In this document: one piece after another, positions 52,439 to 62,389 of the stretch | Layout of the letters: the number at the start of each line of letters is the position of its first letter | How positions within the stretch are numbered: the first letter of the stretch is position 1 | Assembly (NCBI GenBank): GCA_038078715.1 | Contig: JBBTSU010000005.1 | Location: 3,048-67,047, forward strand | Reading direction: 5' to 3' | DNA: 64,000 bases | Source: Patescibacteria group bacterium | GTDB lineage: Bacteria > Patescibacteriota > Minisyncoccia > Phycocordibacterales > Phycocordibacteraceae | Notes under the pieces: model-generated | Seen by the model: the letters and a program-made list of their open reading frames with translations, nothing else | Told to the model about the DNA's origin: nothing | Database searches by the model: none | Position numbers and translations under genes: made by a program

Positions 52439-55119
52439 GCTACAACCAATCCCCGGCGGTGCATCTCCTCTTCCTCAGGGCGGATAAAGAAGAGCCATTT
52501 CGCAAGCTCTATCGTAAGCATGTTCACAATACCGAAGCCTAGAAGAATGGCGATATAGAGCGGAGATGGAGGGACCGTGTGGACGAGAGTCTGGATCGCA
52601 GGAACGTAGAGTGCGACAAGAAGCATGGCCGCACTTGCAAGAAGCGCTACCACCAAGAACTTGTTTGAAAGAAGCGATAGACGCCAGATTGGCGTACCAA
52701 AACTCTTGATAGAGAAGGCAATGAAGATGGTGTTGATGGACACCCCAATGAACATCATGGTCTGGATCTCAATCAATGGGAATCGCATTGAATAGAGGGC
52801 GAGGTAGATAAGAATAAGCGCACCGGCGGTGACCGCACCCACAAGCGAAATAAGCTTCAGGAGCTTAGACGAAAGCACCTGCGCCACATCTGGGTCCGTT
52901 GGCTTACGCTTCATGGCAGACGGATAGAGTGGCTCAAAAGCAAACGCAAAGTTCATGAGCCCACCCTCAATAAGATTCGCCCAGAGAATCTGGGTAGGAA
53001 GAATTGGAAGTGGGAGGCCGAAGATAAGGGTGAAGGCAATCAAAATCACTTCACTGAAGTTCGTCGCAAGCATGTACGCAAAAATCTTCTTGAAGTTATC
53101 GCGAAGACGGCGTCCCTCCCGAATGGCGGCGGTAATCACGCCAAACCCGTTATCAAGAAGCACAAGATCAGATGCCTCCTTGGCAACATCGGTACCAGAC
53201 CCCACCGCAACACCAATAGAGGCTGCAGAGAGAGCGGGTGCGTCATTCACCCCGTCTCCGGTCATAGCGACGACTTCCCCACTACCGACAAGCACATTCG
53301 CCATACGAAGCTTCTGCGCTGGTGCCACACGGGCAAAGACATGGTTCTGACGAAGCACCTTCAATAGTTCTTCGTCAGACAATGCTTCAATTTCTGCTCC
53401 CGTGTACGCACGATCATTGGGTCCTGCGATTCCTACCTCCTTCGCAATCGCAAGCGCAGTTTCTGGATTATCTCCAGTAAGCATGAGCACGCGTGCCCCA
53501 GCAGCGTGCATATCACGCACGGCGTCATACACTTCGGGGCGAATACCGTCGGAGAACACGAGGAGACCGACGAGAGATCCCTTATCAAGCATTCCTTCTA
53601 TGTTCTCGGTTGGGAACTGCTCACTACTACTCTTCACCCGCATCACGGCGACGACACGCTTTCCATCGCGTGCGGCCTCATGAAGCGCAAGTGCAAACCG
53701 GCTTGCAATCTCATCGACCATCTTATGATCAGTACCCTTCCCATCCCGCACAAACTTCACCTGTGAAAGGAAGAACTCCGGTGCGCCAGAGAAGTACGCG
53801 ACTGATTCTCCGTACTCGCGCACCAACATACCACCGAAACGACGTGCAGAATCAAAGTGTAGTTCATCAGTGCGTGGGCAATTCCCACGAAGCTCAGGCC
53901 CGGCAATACCGATCTTGAGACCCTCAAGAATCACTGCCTGCTCAATCGGACGACCATGCGCCACCAATCGCTCTTCTCCTTCTTTTGCATCGGTACGTTC
54001 CTCTACATACGCATCTGATGCAAGCACTGCTGCGGAGAGAAGTGCGCGCGCCTCCTCATGCGTATTCTCGGTGATCATTCCTGAATACGTCACGAAGGAA
54101 TGAATATTCATCTGCCCCAAGGTGAGTGTGCCCGTCTTGTCCGTAAGAATGATGCTTGTCGTACCGAGTGTTTCTGCGGCAAGAAGATTGCGCACCAATC
54201 CTCCTGACTTGAGGATGCGCTCCATACCAAGTGCGAGCACCACCGTCACCGCTGCAGGAAGACCCTCAGGAATACTGGCAACCGCAAGCGCAATGGCGGT
54301 GAGGAGTGTTTCATCAAACGGAATGCCACGCAGAAGACCAAGAATAATAATGAGCACCATAATCACTCCCACAATCATCACGATGAAGCGTGCGATCTGT
54401 CGGATATCACGCATCAGAGGTGTCACTACTGCCTGTGTATTTCCAAGCTCTTTGGCAATCGCGCCAAACTCAGTGTCTGCGCCAGTCGCAACTACAACGC
54501 CTTGCCCTGCACCAGAGACCACAAGCGTACTTGAATACACCATGCCCGTGCGATCCACGAGCGGCACCTCTACAGGATGTGCTTCAGTGTTCTTCTCAAT
54601 CGGAAGCCATTCTCCAGAAAGTGCAGATTCGTTCACCGTGAGCGCATGTGCTTCTACAAGACGAATATCGGCAGGAACGGCAGTGCCGGCGATAAGCGCG
54701 ACCAAGTCTCCTACTACCAATTCTTCTGCAGAGATTTTGGCTGGCTCTCCACCACGAATCACCACCGCTTGTTTGGCTTCACTCTTCTTGAGTGCTTCAA
54801 AGGCACGTCCTGCCCGGCCTTCCTGAATCAGACCTATGACGACGTTTACCAAGAGCGCAACCGTAATCACAATGGCGTCAGTGAAATGAGAGAGGAACAG
54901 TGTCGCAGCTGCTGCAATCAAGAGCACCACCGCAATAGGACTCGCAAACTGTCGGAGAACACGAGAGAAGAGAGACTCTCGCTTTACCCTCGGGAGACGG
55001 TTCAGACCACTGACAAGACGAAGAGCGGCCTCCTCCTTTGTGAGACCTTTCTCCGAATCGGTAGAAAGAGAGCGGACGACCTCGTCCGCAATAAGCGAAT
55101 GCCACACCTGTTGTTGCAT
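52435..55119 (-). CDS. cation-transporting P-type ATPase (type II, Ca2+/Mg2+-ATPase-like)
   Basis: 'DKTGTLT', 'PEGLPA', 'TGDN', 'GDGVNDAPAL'; 10 TM. Confidence 0.85.
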   Translation of the reverse strand: MQQQVWHSLIADEVVRSLSTDSEKGLTKEEAALRLVSGLNRLPRVKRESLFSRVLRQFASPIAVVLLIAAAATLFLSHFTDAIVITVALLVNVVIGLIQEGRAGRAFEALKKSEAKQAVVIRGGEPAKISAEELVVGDLVALIAGTAVPADIRLVEAHALTVNESALSGEWLPIEKNTEAHPVEVPLVDRTGMVYSSTLVVSGAGQGVVVATGADTEFGAIAKELGNTQAVVTPLMRDIRQIARFIVMIVGVIMVLIIILGLLRGIPFDETLLTAIALAVASIPEGLPAAVTVVLALGMERILKSGGLVRNLLAAETLGTTSIILTDKTGTLTLGQMNIHSFVTYSGMITENTHEEARALLSAAVLASDAYVEERTDAKEGEERLVAHGRPIEQAVILEGLKIGIAGPELRGNCPRTDELHFDSARRFGGMLVREYGESVAYFSGAPEFFLSQVKFVRDGKGTDHKMVDEIASRFALALHEAARDGKRVVAVMRVKSSSEQFPTENIEGMLDKGSLVGLLVFSDGIRPEVYDAVRDMHAAGARVLMLTGDNPETALAIAKEVGIAGPNDRAYTGAEIEALSDEELLKVLRQNHVFARVAPAQKLRMANVLVGSGEVVAMTGDGVNDAPALSAASIGVAVGSGTDVAKEASDLVLLDNGFGVITAAIREGRRLRDNFKKIFAYMLATNFSEVILIAFTLIFGLPLPILPTQILWANLIEGGLMNFAFAFEPLYPSAMKRKPTDPDVAQVLSSKLLKLISLVGAVTAGALILIYLALYSMRFPLIEIQTMMFIGVSINTIFIAFSIKSFGTPIWRLSLLSNKFLVVALLASAAMLLVALYVPAIQTLVHTVPPSPLYIAILLGFGIVNMLTIELAKWLFFIRPEEEEMHRRGLVVA

Positions 55120-55144
55120 TCCCTCTATGGTACCCTATCCAAAT

Positions 55145-55597
55145 ATGACTATCCACGAATCCATCAAGGCAGGTATCCCGAACGCTATGCGCGCAAAAGA
55201 CGAAGTACGTCTCCGTACCATCCGTTCTTTGGTGACCGCAATGACTAATGAGGTCGTTGCCAAGAAGCGTAAGCCTGATGAGTTCCTTACCGATGACGAA
55301 GCCATCGCCGTCCTCAAGCGTGCCGCAAACCAGCGCAAAGATTCTATAGAGCAGTTTGAGAAGGCAGGACGCAATGAACTTGCAGAGCCTGAGAAAGCAG
55401 AGCTTCTCATCATTTCTGAACTCCTCCCTGCACAGATGTCTCGTGAAGAGATTGAAGTAGTCGCAAAAGCTAAGATTGCAGAGATGGGAGCTGACAAATC
55501 AAAAGCAGGAATGGTTACCGGTGCCGTCATGAAGGATCTCAAGGGTAAGGCAGACGGCGGTGACGTGAAGTCAGTCGTCGACGCTCTTCTCGGGTAA
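55145..55597 (+). CDS. GatB/YqeY-domain protein
   Basis: Start taken at 'MTIHESIKAGIPNAMRAKDEVRL' (YqeY N-terminus); the track ORF start at 55040 overlaps the ATPase gene. Confidence 0.65.
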   Translation: MTIHESIKAGIPNAMRAKDEVRLRTIRSLVTAMTNEVVAKKRKPDEFLTDDEAIAVLKRAANQRKDSIEQFEKAGRNELAEPEKAELLIISELLPAQMSREEIEVVAKAKIAEMGADKSKAGMVTGAVMKDLKGKADGGDVKSVVDALLG

Positions 55598-55610
55598 CAT
55601 CTCCACCTCT

Positions 55611-56495
55611 ATGGACGACACCACACCCGAGAACATCGGAGAGTCTCTCTGGCGCATACAGAGTAAAGCGCCCGGTTCTTCAGTGTGCATTATAGGCGGG
55701 ATGCATGGAAATGAAACTGCGGGTATAGAAGTGGTGCGAATGCTTCTCAATGAATTTGAGGACGGGCGTCGCCTTGCGTCAGGTACTCTTACCCTTGCGC
55801 TCGGTAACACGCGCGCGATTGAAATAAATGAACGATGGATAGATGGAAAAGATCTCAATCGCCAGTTTAGTGACGCACATCTTATAGATCGTATTGATCA
55901 ATCTTGGGAAGAAGAACGTGCGGTTGTCCTCGCTGCTCTTATGCGCGAGGCAGACACCACTCTTGATATCCACTCGACAAACAAACCCTCCTCCCCTTTT
56001 ATTTGTTCCCGAGTGGATGAGAAACATGCCCGTGTCTACCAATGGTTCCCTATTATGCACGTTATTGAAGACCCGACATACGTGTTTGGTGACGGACCGG
56101 TAACCACTGATGAATATGCAGACCGTGTAGGAAAGATGGGTATGTGTATAGAATCAGGATGGATTGCGGATGAAGGACGCGTAATAGAAACAAAAAATAG
56201 CATAGAAGCAGTTCTTTCTGATCTCGGACTCTCTGATCGTCCGACGCCCCCTGAGCCCGTGCACGTCATTAACACCTATCGGTTCTACACAACCATAAAG
56301 CTAGACGAGCGTGGCTTTCGCTTCTCCGAAGGTAAGGGCGTATCTTCTTTTGAACCACTGAAAGCGGGAGAGATTCTTGGGTACCACGGTGATGAGCCGG
56401 TGAGACTTGATTGTGATGCGTTTGTTATCTTTCCCAAACTTAAGGAACACTGGCAGCTCGGGTGGCCAATTTGTTATATCGCTATCCCGATATAA
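55611..56495 (+). CDS. succinylglutamate desuccinylase/aspartoacylase (AstE/AspA) family zinc hydrolase
   Basis: 'CIIGGMHGNETAGIE' Zn-binding signature. Confidence 0.65.
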   Translation: MDDTTPENIGESLWRIQSKAPGSSVCIIGGMHGNETAGIEVVRMLLNEFEDGRRLASGTLTLALGNTRAIEINERWIDGKDLNRQFSDAHLIDRIDQSWEEERAVVLAALMREADTTLDIHSTNKPSSPFICSRVDEKHARVYQWFPIMHVIEDPTYVFGDGPVTTDEYADRVGKMGMCIESGWIADEGRVIETKNSIEAVLSDLGLSDRPTPPEPVHVINTYRFYTTIKLDERGFRFSEGKGVSSFEPLKAGEILGYHGDEPVRLDCDAFVIFPKLKEHWQLGWPICYIAIPI

Positions 56496-57375
56496 TCCGC
56501 AGAAAAATCATAAGTGCCGTTACAGTAAGAATAAGAAAGATCTGCCATAACGTAAGCCGTTCTTTAAAAAGAATCCAGCCCGCAATCGCAGAAATGAGGA
56601 CGGTAGAGGTCACCAATCCTGAGGCGAGTGCGAAGGGTCCGTGATTAACGGCAAACGCGTACCCAAGCGTTCCTGAGATAGTCGTAAGTGAAATTAGCGA
56701 AATCATTCCGATTTCTTTCCATGGCAATGTGATGCGGTCAGTATACACTCCTCGGTACTTCTCAAACAGAAGGTACCCGAAGGTGAGCACCCCTATCGTT
56801 GCTTCCCAGAAATACCCAGCGACCAGTGGATTGAGCTCGCGTGAAAGCTGACTAAAGAAGTAGAAACTGAAAGCCACGCTTATGCCTGCAACTACCGACA
56901 ATGTGACCCCTCGTCCATGCTGCGCGTTATCAAGGTGTGCATGATTAGAACGAGAAGCCATAATGAATGCGCTTGCTATCAAAATCCCTCCGAGAGCCAG
57001 AAGTTGCATAGCGGAGAGGTATTCTCCAAAAAAGATCGCGCCGAGAACCACAGCAGCACTAACATAGACCGCCTGGCGAATTGCCTGCGTAATTCCCACT
57101 GGAAGATAGCGAGCTGCAGTCTGAAGGCAAAGAAATCCGAACGCACCAGTGAGCGAGGCAATAAGCAACACCGGTAGCATCCCTGTTATTGCATACACTT
57201 CTTCCCACGATGCAAAAAACAGCACTGGCAACATTGTGATTGCTAAAGAGAGGTTTCGGTAGACTGTAAAGCGAAGCGCGCCAAGGCGTCGAGAAAAGAG
57301 TACGTTTAACGGACTCTGTATACCATATGACAGAATACTGACCGCGACAAAAATGTAGAAAATCGGGTCAATCAT
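56482..57375 (-). CDS. DMT/EamA-family transporter (10 TM)
   Basis: Two EamA repeats; 297 aa. Confidence 0.7.
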   Translation of the reverse strand: MIDPIFYIFVAVSILSYGIQSPLNVLFSRRLGALRFTVYRNLSLAITMLPVLFFASWEEVYAITGMLPVLLIASLTGAFGFLCLQTAARYLPVGITQAIRQAVYVSAAVVLGAIFFGEYLSAMQLLALGGILIASAFIMASRSNHAHLDNAQHGRGVTLSVVAGISVAFSFYFFSQLSRELNPLVAGYFWEATIGVLTFGYLLFEKYRGVYTDRITLPWKEIGMISLISLTTISGTLGYAFAVNHGPFALASGLVTSTVLISAIAGWILFKERLTLWQIFLILTVTALMIFLRIISG

Positions 57376-57411
57376 TTTAGAACTATACTAGATGTGCGCA
57401 CAATTGTTTTG

Positions 57412-57483
57412 TGACCTTACGGGGAATCGAACCCCGATTTCCAGCGTGAGAGGCTAGCGTCCTAACCGTTAGACGATAAGGCC
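57412..57483 (-). tRNA. tRNA-Glu (anticodon CTC), CCA not encoded
   Basis: Manual fold of the reverse complement: acceptor GGCCTTA/TAAGGTC; D-arm GTCT-AACGGTTA-GGAC; anticodon stem CTAGC/GCTGG with loop CTCTCAC; T-arm CGGGG-TTCGATT-CCCCG. Confidence 0.8.
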
Positions 57484-57524
57484 AGTGGGACTCAAAATAC
57501 CAAGACTCGCCCATTCGGGCAAGG

Positions 57525-58811
57525 CTACTTAATCAGAAGCCATTCTTTCTCCTGACGCACAAGCTGAGTCGTATCTTTCGGGTTCGCAAGAAGCCGTGCC
57601 ACCACCCGCTCCATACGCATAACCTGAGAACCCTTGATGAGGACGAAATCACCTTCGGTGACAAGACTGAAGAGTGCCTCTGCTGCCTCTGGAGACTTCG
57701 CATACTTATGTACCATCTCCTCCTTAAGACCAGCAGCCTGTGCCGCAGAGGCAACTGCCTGCGCACGCATACCAACAGCCACAAGCATATCCGCAGACTT
57801 CGCGACTTCCTTTCCAATCCGTTCATGCTCCTCTACTGAGTACCGCCCAAGCTCAAGCATGTCACCCAAAACTGCGATCTTTCGTCCACCTTTCATAAGC
57901 GCGAGGGCGGAGAGGCTCTCTACGACTGCAGCAGGAGATGCGTTATACGAATCATCAATAAGAGTAGAGCCATTCAGTCCCGCAAGGATGCGTGCACGAC
58001 CTGGTGGTGGCACATAGGTAGCAAGTCCTTTTAGTGCATTCTCTATAGAAATACCAAGACCCTTTGCAAGCGCGAGTGCTGCAGCAGGGGCATAAAGCTG
58101 AGGGCGCCCAAGGGCGCCTGTAACGATGAGCGGATATGATGTACCGTCGGTGACGACTGTTGCCTGCATGCCAGTGACGGTTGCCTGTGCGAGATAGGGT
58201 TTGGGGTTCGTAATCTCTACGTCTGCACCCTTGGTAAATCCAAAACTCACGACATGCACGGGAAGCTTTTCCGCCATTTGAAGTGCATGACCATCGTCTG
58301 AAGAAAGCACAAGTGGCGCATCAGTGGGAAGTGCATAGGCTGGAGCAAACTCTTCTTCGTGAACTGCACGTGGTGAGGTGTAGGCTTCCACATGCACAGG
58401 CACATTTAGAAGATGCGAGACCACAACTGCATCAGGGGTCGCAATCTTAAGGATTTTTGCGAGATCTCCTGGACGATCTGCACCCACTTCAAGCACCAGG
58501 AGCTTTGGATATGGTTGGGTAATAAAAACGAGCGCAAACGCTCGTTGTACTACTCCTATCCATGCCGTGATGCTGTTCCAAGGGTTATGTGCACCAAGGA
58601 TGGTAAATGGAACTCCAAACTCACTGTTGTAGCTCTTCTCACTTGTCCGAAGGTCATAGGTGGTGGAGAGCGCTGCGGCGACCGCATCCTTGGTGGAGGT
58701 CTTTCCGACGCTCCCCGTTACCATCACAATCATGGGCTGGTATTTGGTAATAACCGCCCGCGCAAGATGCGCAAGAATCCAAGCAGCGAAGCTTCGAAGT
58801 AGTGCTTTCAT
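57525..58811 (-). CDS. murF: UDP-N-acetylmuramoyl-tripeptide--D-alanyl-D-alanine ligase
   Basis: 'IVMVTGSVGKTSTKD' P-loop; Mur ligase middle and C-terminal domains. Confidence 0.85.
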   Translation of the reverse strand: MKALLRSFAAWILAHLARAVITKYQPMIVMVTGSVGKTSTKDAVAAALSTTYDLRTSEKSYNSEFGVPFTILGAHNPWNSITAWIGVVQRAFALVFITQPYPKLLVLEVGADRPGDLAKILKIATPDAVVVSHLLNVPVHVEAYTSPRAVHEEEFAPAYALPTDAPLVLSSDDGHALQMAEKLPVHVVSFGFTKGADVEITNPKPYLAQATVTGMQATVVTDGTSYPLIVTGALGRPQLYAPAAALALAKGLGISIENALKGLATYVPPPGRARILAGLNGSTLIDDSYNASPAAVVESLSALALMKGGRKIAVLGDMLELGRYSVEEHERIGKEVAKSADMLVAVGMRAQAVASAAQAAGLKEEMVHKYAKSPEAAEALFSLVTEGDFVLIKGSQVMRMERVVARLLANPKDTTQLVRQEKEWLLIK

Positions 58812-58817
58812 ACCCCC

Positions 58818-60554
58818 TTACTCTTCAGGCTCGGCATATTCTACCCTGTCCGGCGGAATTGCGTAGTAGCTGATCAAAAAGTTCGTGAGTTCCATAAATG
58901 GGTGCGTGAGTGTCTCAGACGCGTAGCGCACACCCCGTGGCTCCCGAGTATAGAGAAGGATAATGAACTTTGGCTCGTAGGCTGGAAAGTATCCAAAGAA
59001 GGAGTGGAAGTAGCGGTCATCATAGTACCCACCAGAAGGTGCAGAAATCTGTGCCGTACCCGTCTTTGCCGCAACGCTCATCTCTGGGATCGCAACCGTA
59101 CCACCGGCCAGTGAGTGATCCACCACATTCACGAGCATACGAGTCACCTCTTCTACTGATTCTGCGTCATACACCTCTTCTGGACTTCCCCACGAAAGAT
59201 CTTTGGTGATTCCCGACTCAAGCCGGATGGAGCGCACAATGTGTGGCGTCACCACCTTCCCGTCGTTGGCGAGCGCACCAAGTGCTTTGATCATTTCCAC
59301 TGGCGTCTGTGCAATACCCTGACCAAAGGAGGCGGTCGCATACTCCACATCACGAGGACTCTTCAAAATGTTGTCTATGGTGCCAGGAATCTCACTTGGA
59401 AGGTCTATCCCTGTTTCCGCACCCATACCAAGCTTTTCAAAGTAGTCACGAAATCGTTCGTGCCCGAGCTTTCCTGCAATAAACGACACGCCAGTGTTTA
59501 GCGACTGAGACAATATCTCCTGCATCGGCACCACGCCACGTGCCTTCCCGTCAAAGTTAGAGATGGTCTTGCTATTGAGGGTGATCGTCCCCGTGTCGTT
59601 ATAGGTCGTGTTCGCGGTAATCACGCCTGCATCTATACCAGAGGCCATGGTGAGTGGTTTTACGATGGAACCGAACTCGTATCGACGCTCCACCACTGGA
59701 TTACCAAAATACTCTGAATCTTCCTTTGCAAACACATTCGGATCAAAAGATGGCACCGTCTGGAGCGCGATAATCTCTCCCGTCTTCGGGTTCATAATGA
59801 TCCCACCCGTTTCGGCACTTCCGTATTTTGCATGTACATTGGAAAGCACCTGATCAAGTTTCTCAAGCACCACTGGCTCTATCGCCGTGACTAAGTTTCC
59901 AGAACGAGCATGGTTTGCGTTTCCTACCGCGTCATCAAGATTCGCAAACAACTCTGCAAAGAAGTTACCAAAGAGACCTGTGTTACTCCTGGACAACACA
60001 TCATCGTAGTAGCGCTCAAGACCGAAGCGTCCCGCAAGATCATTGTCGTTATCATAGGCCACAAACCCAACTGTCTGTGCCGCACGATCTTCTGCAGGAT
60101 AGATGCGCCAACGCTCTCGCTCTATGATCACGCCTGGAATATCAAGATCTGAAATTGCACGCCCGGTCTCTTCTGATACGCGACGGGCCAATACCTCGTA
60201 TGGATCATTCGTTTTTGCAGCTGCGGTCCGAAACTCTTCTTCTTCAAGCTCAAAATGTGTGGTAAGCGTCTCGTATACCTGATCTGCGTTCTTAAGCTTT
60301 GAAGGATCTATGGCAACCAGAAACCCGGTCCCGAGCGCAGCGCCTGAAAGCTGCGTACCGTCTTTACGGGTGAAGTAGATACTCCCGCGGTCATAGATGG
60401 TGCGACTTGCACTTACATACTGTCGTTCTGCACGAAGGGAGTATTCTTCCCCATCAACAATCTGTACGAAATAGAGTCGCGCGATCAAAAGAAACGCGAC
60501 CACCATGATGAGGGCGGCGATGACCCGGAGTCGTAACCGGAGAGCCGCACGCAT
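58818..60554 (-). CDS. ftsI: penicillin-binding protein 2/3 transpeptidase (FtsI-like)
   Basis: N-terminal TM; SxxK 'GSIVKP', SxN 'SQSLNTG', KTG 'AAKTGTAQ'. Located downstream of ftsL. Confidence 0.85.
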   Translation of the reverse strand: MRAALRLRLRVIAALIMVVAFLLIARLYFVQIVDGEEYSLRAERQYVSASRTIYDRGSIYFTRKDGTQLSGAALGTGFLVAIDPSKLKNADQVYETLTTHFELEEEEFRTAAAKTNDPYEVLARRVSEETGRAISDLDIPGVIIERERWRIYPAEDRAAQTVGFVAYDNDNDLAGRFGLERYYDDVLSRSNTGLFGNFFAELFANLDDAVGNANHARSGNLVTAIEPVVLEKLDQVLSNVHAKYGSAETGGIIMNPKTGEIIALQTVPSFDPNVFAKEDSEYFGNPVVERRYEFGSIVKPLTMASGIDAGVITANTTYNDTGTITLNSKTISNFDGKARGVVPMQEILSQSLNTGVSFIAGKLGHERFRDYFEKLGMGAETGIDLPSEIPGTIDNILKSPRDVEYATASFGQGIAQTPVEMIKALGALANDGKVVTPHIVRSIRLESGITKDLSWGSPEEVYDAESVEEVTRMLVNVVDHSLAGGTVAIPEMSVAAKTGTAQISAPSGGYYDDRYFHSFFGYFPAYEPKFIILLYTREPRGVRYASETLTHPFMELTNFLISYYAIPPDRVEYAEPEE

Positions 60555-60557
60555 AGG

Positions 60558-60866
60558 CTACTGATCCGCTCGTGAGAGCGACGAGACACCAGTACTTGAG
60601 ACGTACTCCACTGAGCGTGGGCTCGTGAAGCCACGTGCCACCGGGTCTATTGAAGAGTAGCGTTCAACTGACTCATAGTATTCAGTCTCAAGGCTAATCA
60701 CTGAGCCTTCCATCTCCTGAATGGAGCGAGCAAGACCTGTCTGCCAGGTCGCAAAGAAGACGGTCGCCGCAACACCAAGAAGATAGAGCGCAATGGCAAC
60801 AAGACAGGAGCACCCGAGGACTGGAATGGCGCGGCTAGACATAAGCGTTTTGGGAGCTTCGCTCAA
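60558..60866 (-). CDS. ftsL: FtsL-like cell-division membrane protein
   Basis: About 100-aa bitopic protein located between rsmH and ftsI. The start may be the internal Met at 60842, which would avoid the 32-nt overlap with rsmH. Confidence 0.55.
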   Translation of the reverse strand: MSEAPKTLMSSRAIPVLGCSCLVAIALYLLGVAATVFFATWQTGLARSIQEMEGSVISLETEYYESVERYSSIDPVARGFTSPRSVEYVSSTGVSSLSRADQ

Positions 60867-61791
60867 AGATACGAAGCTTGGCGCTTCGTGCGCGAGGATT
60901 TTGAGAGAGCTCTGCGGTAGATGGCACGATTGGTTTCTTCGTCACCAAGACTCCCCTTCCTTCATGTGCGGCATCACGGAACATCTGCTTTACGATGCGG
61001 TCTTCAATACTGTGGAAGGTGATAACGGCAATGCGTCCACCAACCTTAGTGCGTTCAATGGCGGTCGTGAGTCCATCACGAAGTGCACCAAGCTCGTCGT
61101 TCACCGCGATGCGAAGTGCCTGGAAGGTTTTGGTTGCAGGATGAATGCGACGGCTCTGATACCAACGTGGCGTAGAAGCAAGTACAATCGCAACGAGATC
61201 ATCAGTGGTTTCAATATCTTTTACCTCACGAGCTTCCACGACCCCACGAGCAATCTGGCGTGCAAAGCGCTCTTCACCAAGGGAATAGAGCATGTCAGCG
61301 ATCGCTTCTTCTGATGCTTTATTCAAAAGATCAGCAGCAGTATTCCCTGCCTTCGGTGTACCGTAGGTCATATGGAGTGGTTCCTGTGCACGGAATGAGA
61401 AGCCACGACCACTCGTCAAATGAAATCCACTCCATCCAAGATCAAACAGAGACTTATCAATGCACTCTATGGAGAGCTGGTCTAGCACTGAACCGAGGTT
61501 ACGAAAGTTTTCTTCTACCAGATGCACCGTTGCTTCAGCATCCATGCTCGTTGCCTGTGCGCGTTCAATCGCGCCCACATCGGCATCAATACCCACAAGC
61601 GTGCCTCGACCATCAAGCTCTCCAAGAATCTTCTTGAAGTGCCCTGCCCCACCAATCGTTGCATCAACGACAATATCGTTTGGCTGTATGGAAAGTCCGA
61701 CAATTGCTTCGGTAAGAAGCACGGTCTCGTGTGCGCCGGTGGTACTTGAAGAGAAAGAAGTCATGGAATTCAAAGTGATCGTCATAGGCAT
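60835..61791 (-). CDS. rsmH: 16S rRNA (cytosine1402-N4)-methyltransferase
   Basis: 'DATIGGAGHFKKIL' SAM-binding signature and 'TFHSIEDRIVK'. Confidence 0.9.
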   Translation of the reverse strand: MPMTITLNSMTSFSSSTTGAHETVLLTEAIVGLSIQPNDIVVDATIGGAGHFKKILGELDGRGTLVGIDADVGAIERAQATSMDAEATVHLVEENFRNLGSVLDQLSIECIDKSLFDLGWSGFHLTSGRGFSFRAQEPLHMTYGTPKAGNTAADLLNKASEEAIADMLYSLGEERFARQIARGVVEAREVKDIETTDDLVAIVLASTPRWYQSRRIHPATKTFQALRIAVNDELGALRDGLTTAIERTKVGGRIAVITFHSIEDRIVKQMFRDAAHEGRGVLVTKKPIVPSTAELSQNPRARSAKLRIFERSSQNAYV

Positions 61792-62225
61792 TAGAGAGAT
61801 CCGGCGTCACCAAGCTTTTCCGCAAATGCATCTGCATCACGCTCAATGCTTGTGGTGTACTTCTTCCACGCCTTCTCATCCCAGATTTCAACGCGATCAT
61901 TCACACCGGCAATCACACTCTTTTCTGCAAGTGTGGCAAAAGAGCGAAGATAATCAGGAACGAGAATACGACCTGCAGTATCTACTTCTGCTTCAGATGC
62001 ACCAGCGAGCATAAGGCGAGCAAGACCACGACCTGCACTTCCACCAGTTGAGTGGCGTGCAATCTTTGCGGCTTCGTCCTTCCACGTATTTTTTGGATAC
62101 ACAAAAAGACAGTGATCAAGACCACGAGTGACAATCACTGAACGCCCGAGTTCTTTGCGGAATTTCGCCGGAAGAGAGATCCGGTTCTTCGTATCAAATG
62201 TGTGACGATATTCTCCGATGAACAT
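61791..62225 (-). CDS. mraZ: transcriptional regulator MraZ
   Basis: 'MFIGEYRHTFDTKNRISLPAKFR' shows the MraZ duplicated DXXXR-type fold. Confidence 0.9.
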   Translation of the reverse strand: MFIGEYRHTFDTKNRISLPAKFRKELGRSVIVTRGLDHCLFVYPKNTWKDEAAKIARHSTGGSAGRGLARLMLAGASEAEVDTAGRILVPDYLRSFATLAEKSVIAGVNDRVEIWDEKAWKKYTTSIERDADAFAEKLGDAGSL

Positions 62226-62273
62226 AATGAAAGGTGGCGGAAGGATGAGGTGGAATCAGGCTTTTTTCATGAA

Positions 62274-62320
62274 TCCCACTTCATCCCACTGGTAGGTAAG
62301 TATATGACACTTCATCCCAC
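62274..62320 (-). promoter_or_regulatory. mraZ promoter region with three TGGGA direct repeats (MraZ-box-like) around a TATACT -10 box
   Basis: On the minus strand: 'GTGGGATGAAGTG' (62320-62308), -10 TATACT (62304-62299), then 'GTGGGATGAAG-TGGGAT' (62289-62274) with 10-bp repeat spacing. Confidence 0.5.
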
Positions 62321-62342
62321 CCGAGGCGGGGTTATCCACACG

Positions 62343-62371
62343 AAAAACGGCCGGGAGTACCGGCCGTTTTT
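62343..62371. terminator. bidirectional rho-independent terminator (lysK terminator, insulating the mraZ promoter)
   Basis: 8-bp stem 'acggccgg'/'ccggccgt' with loop 'gagta', flanked by 'aaaaa' and 'ttttt'. Confidence 0.75.
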
Positions 62372-62389
62372 GATCTCTATTTCCTCTCT

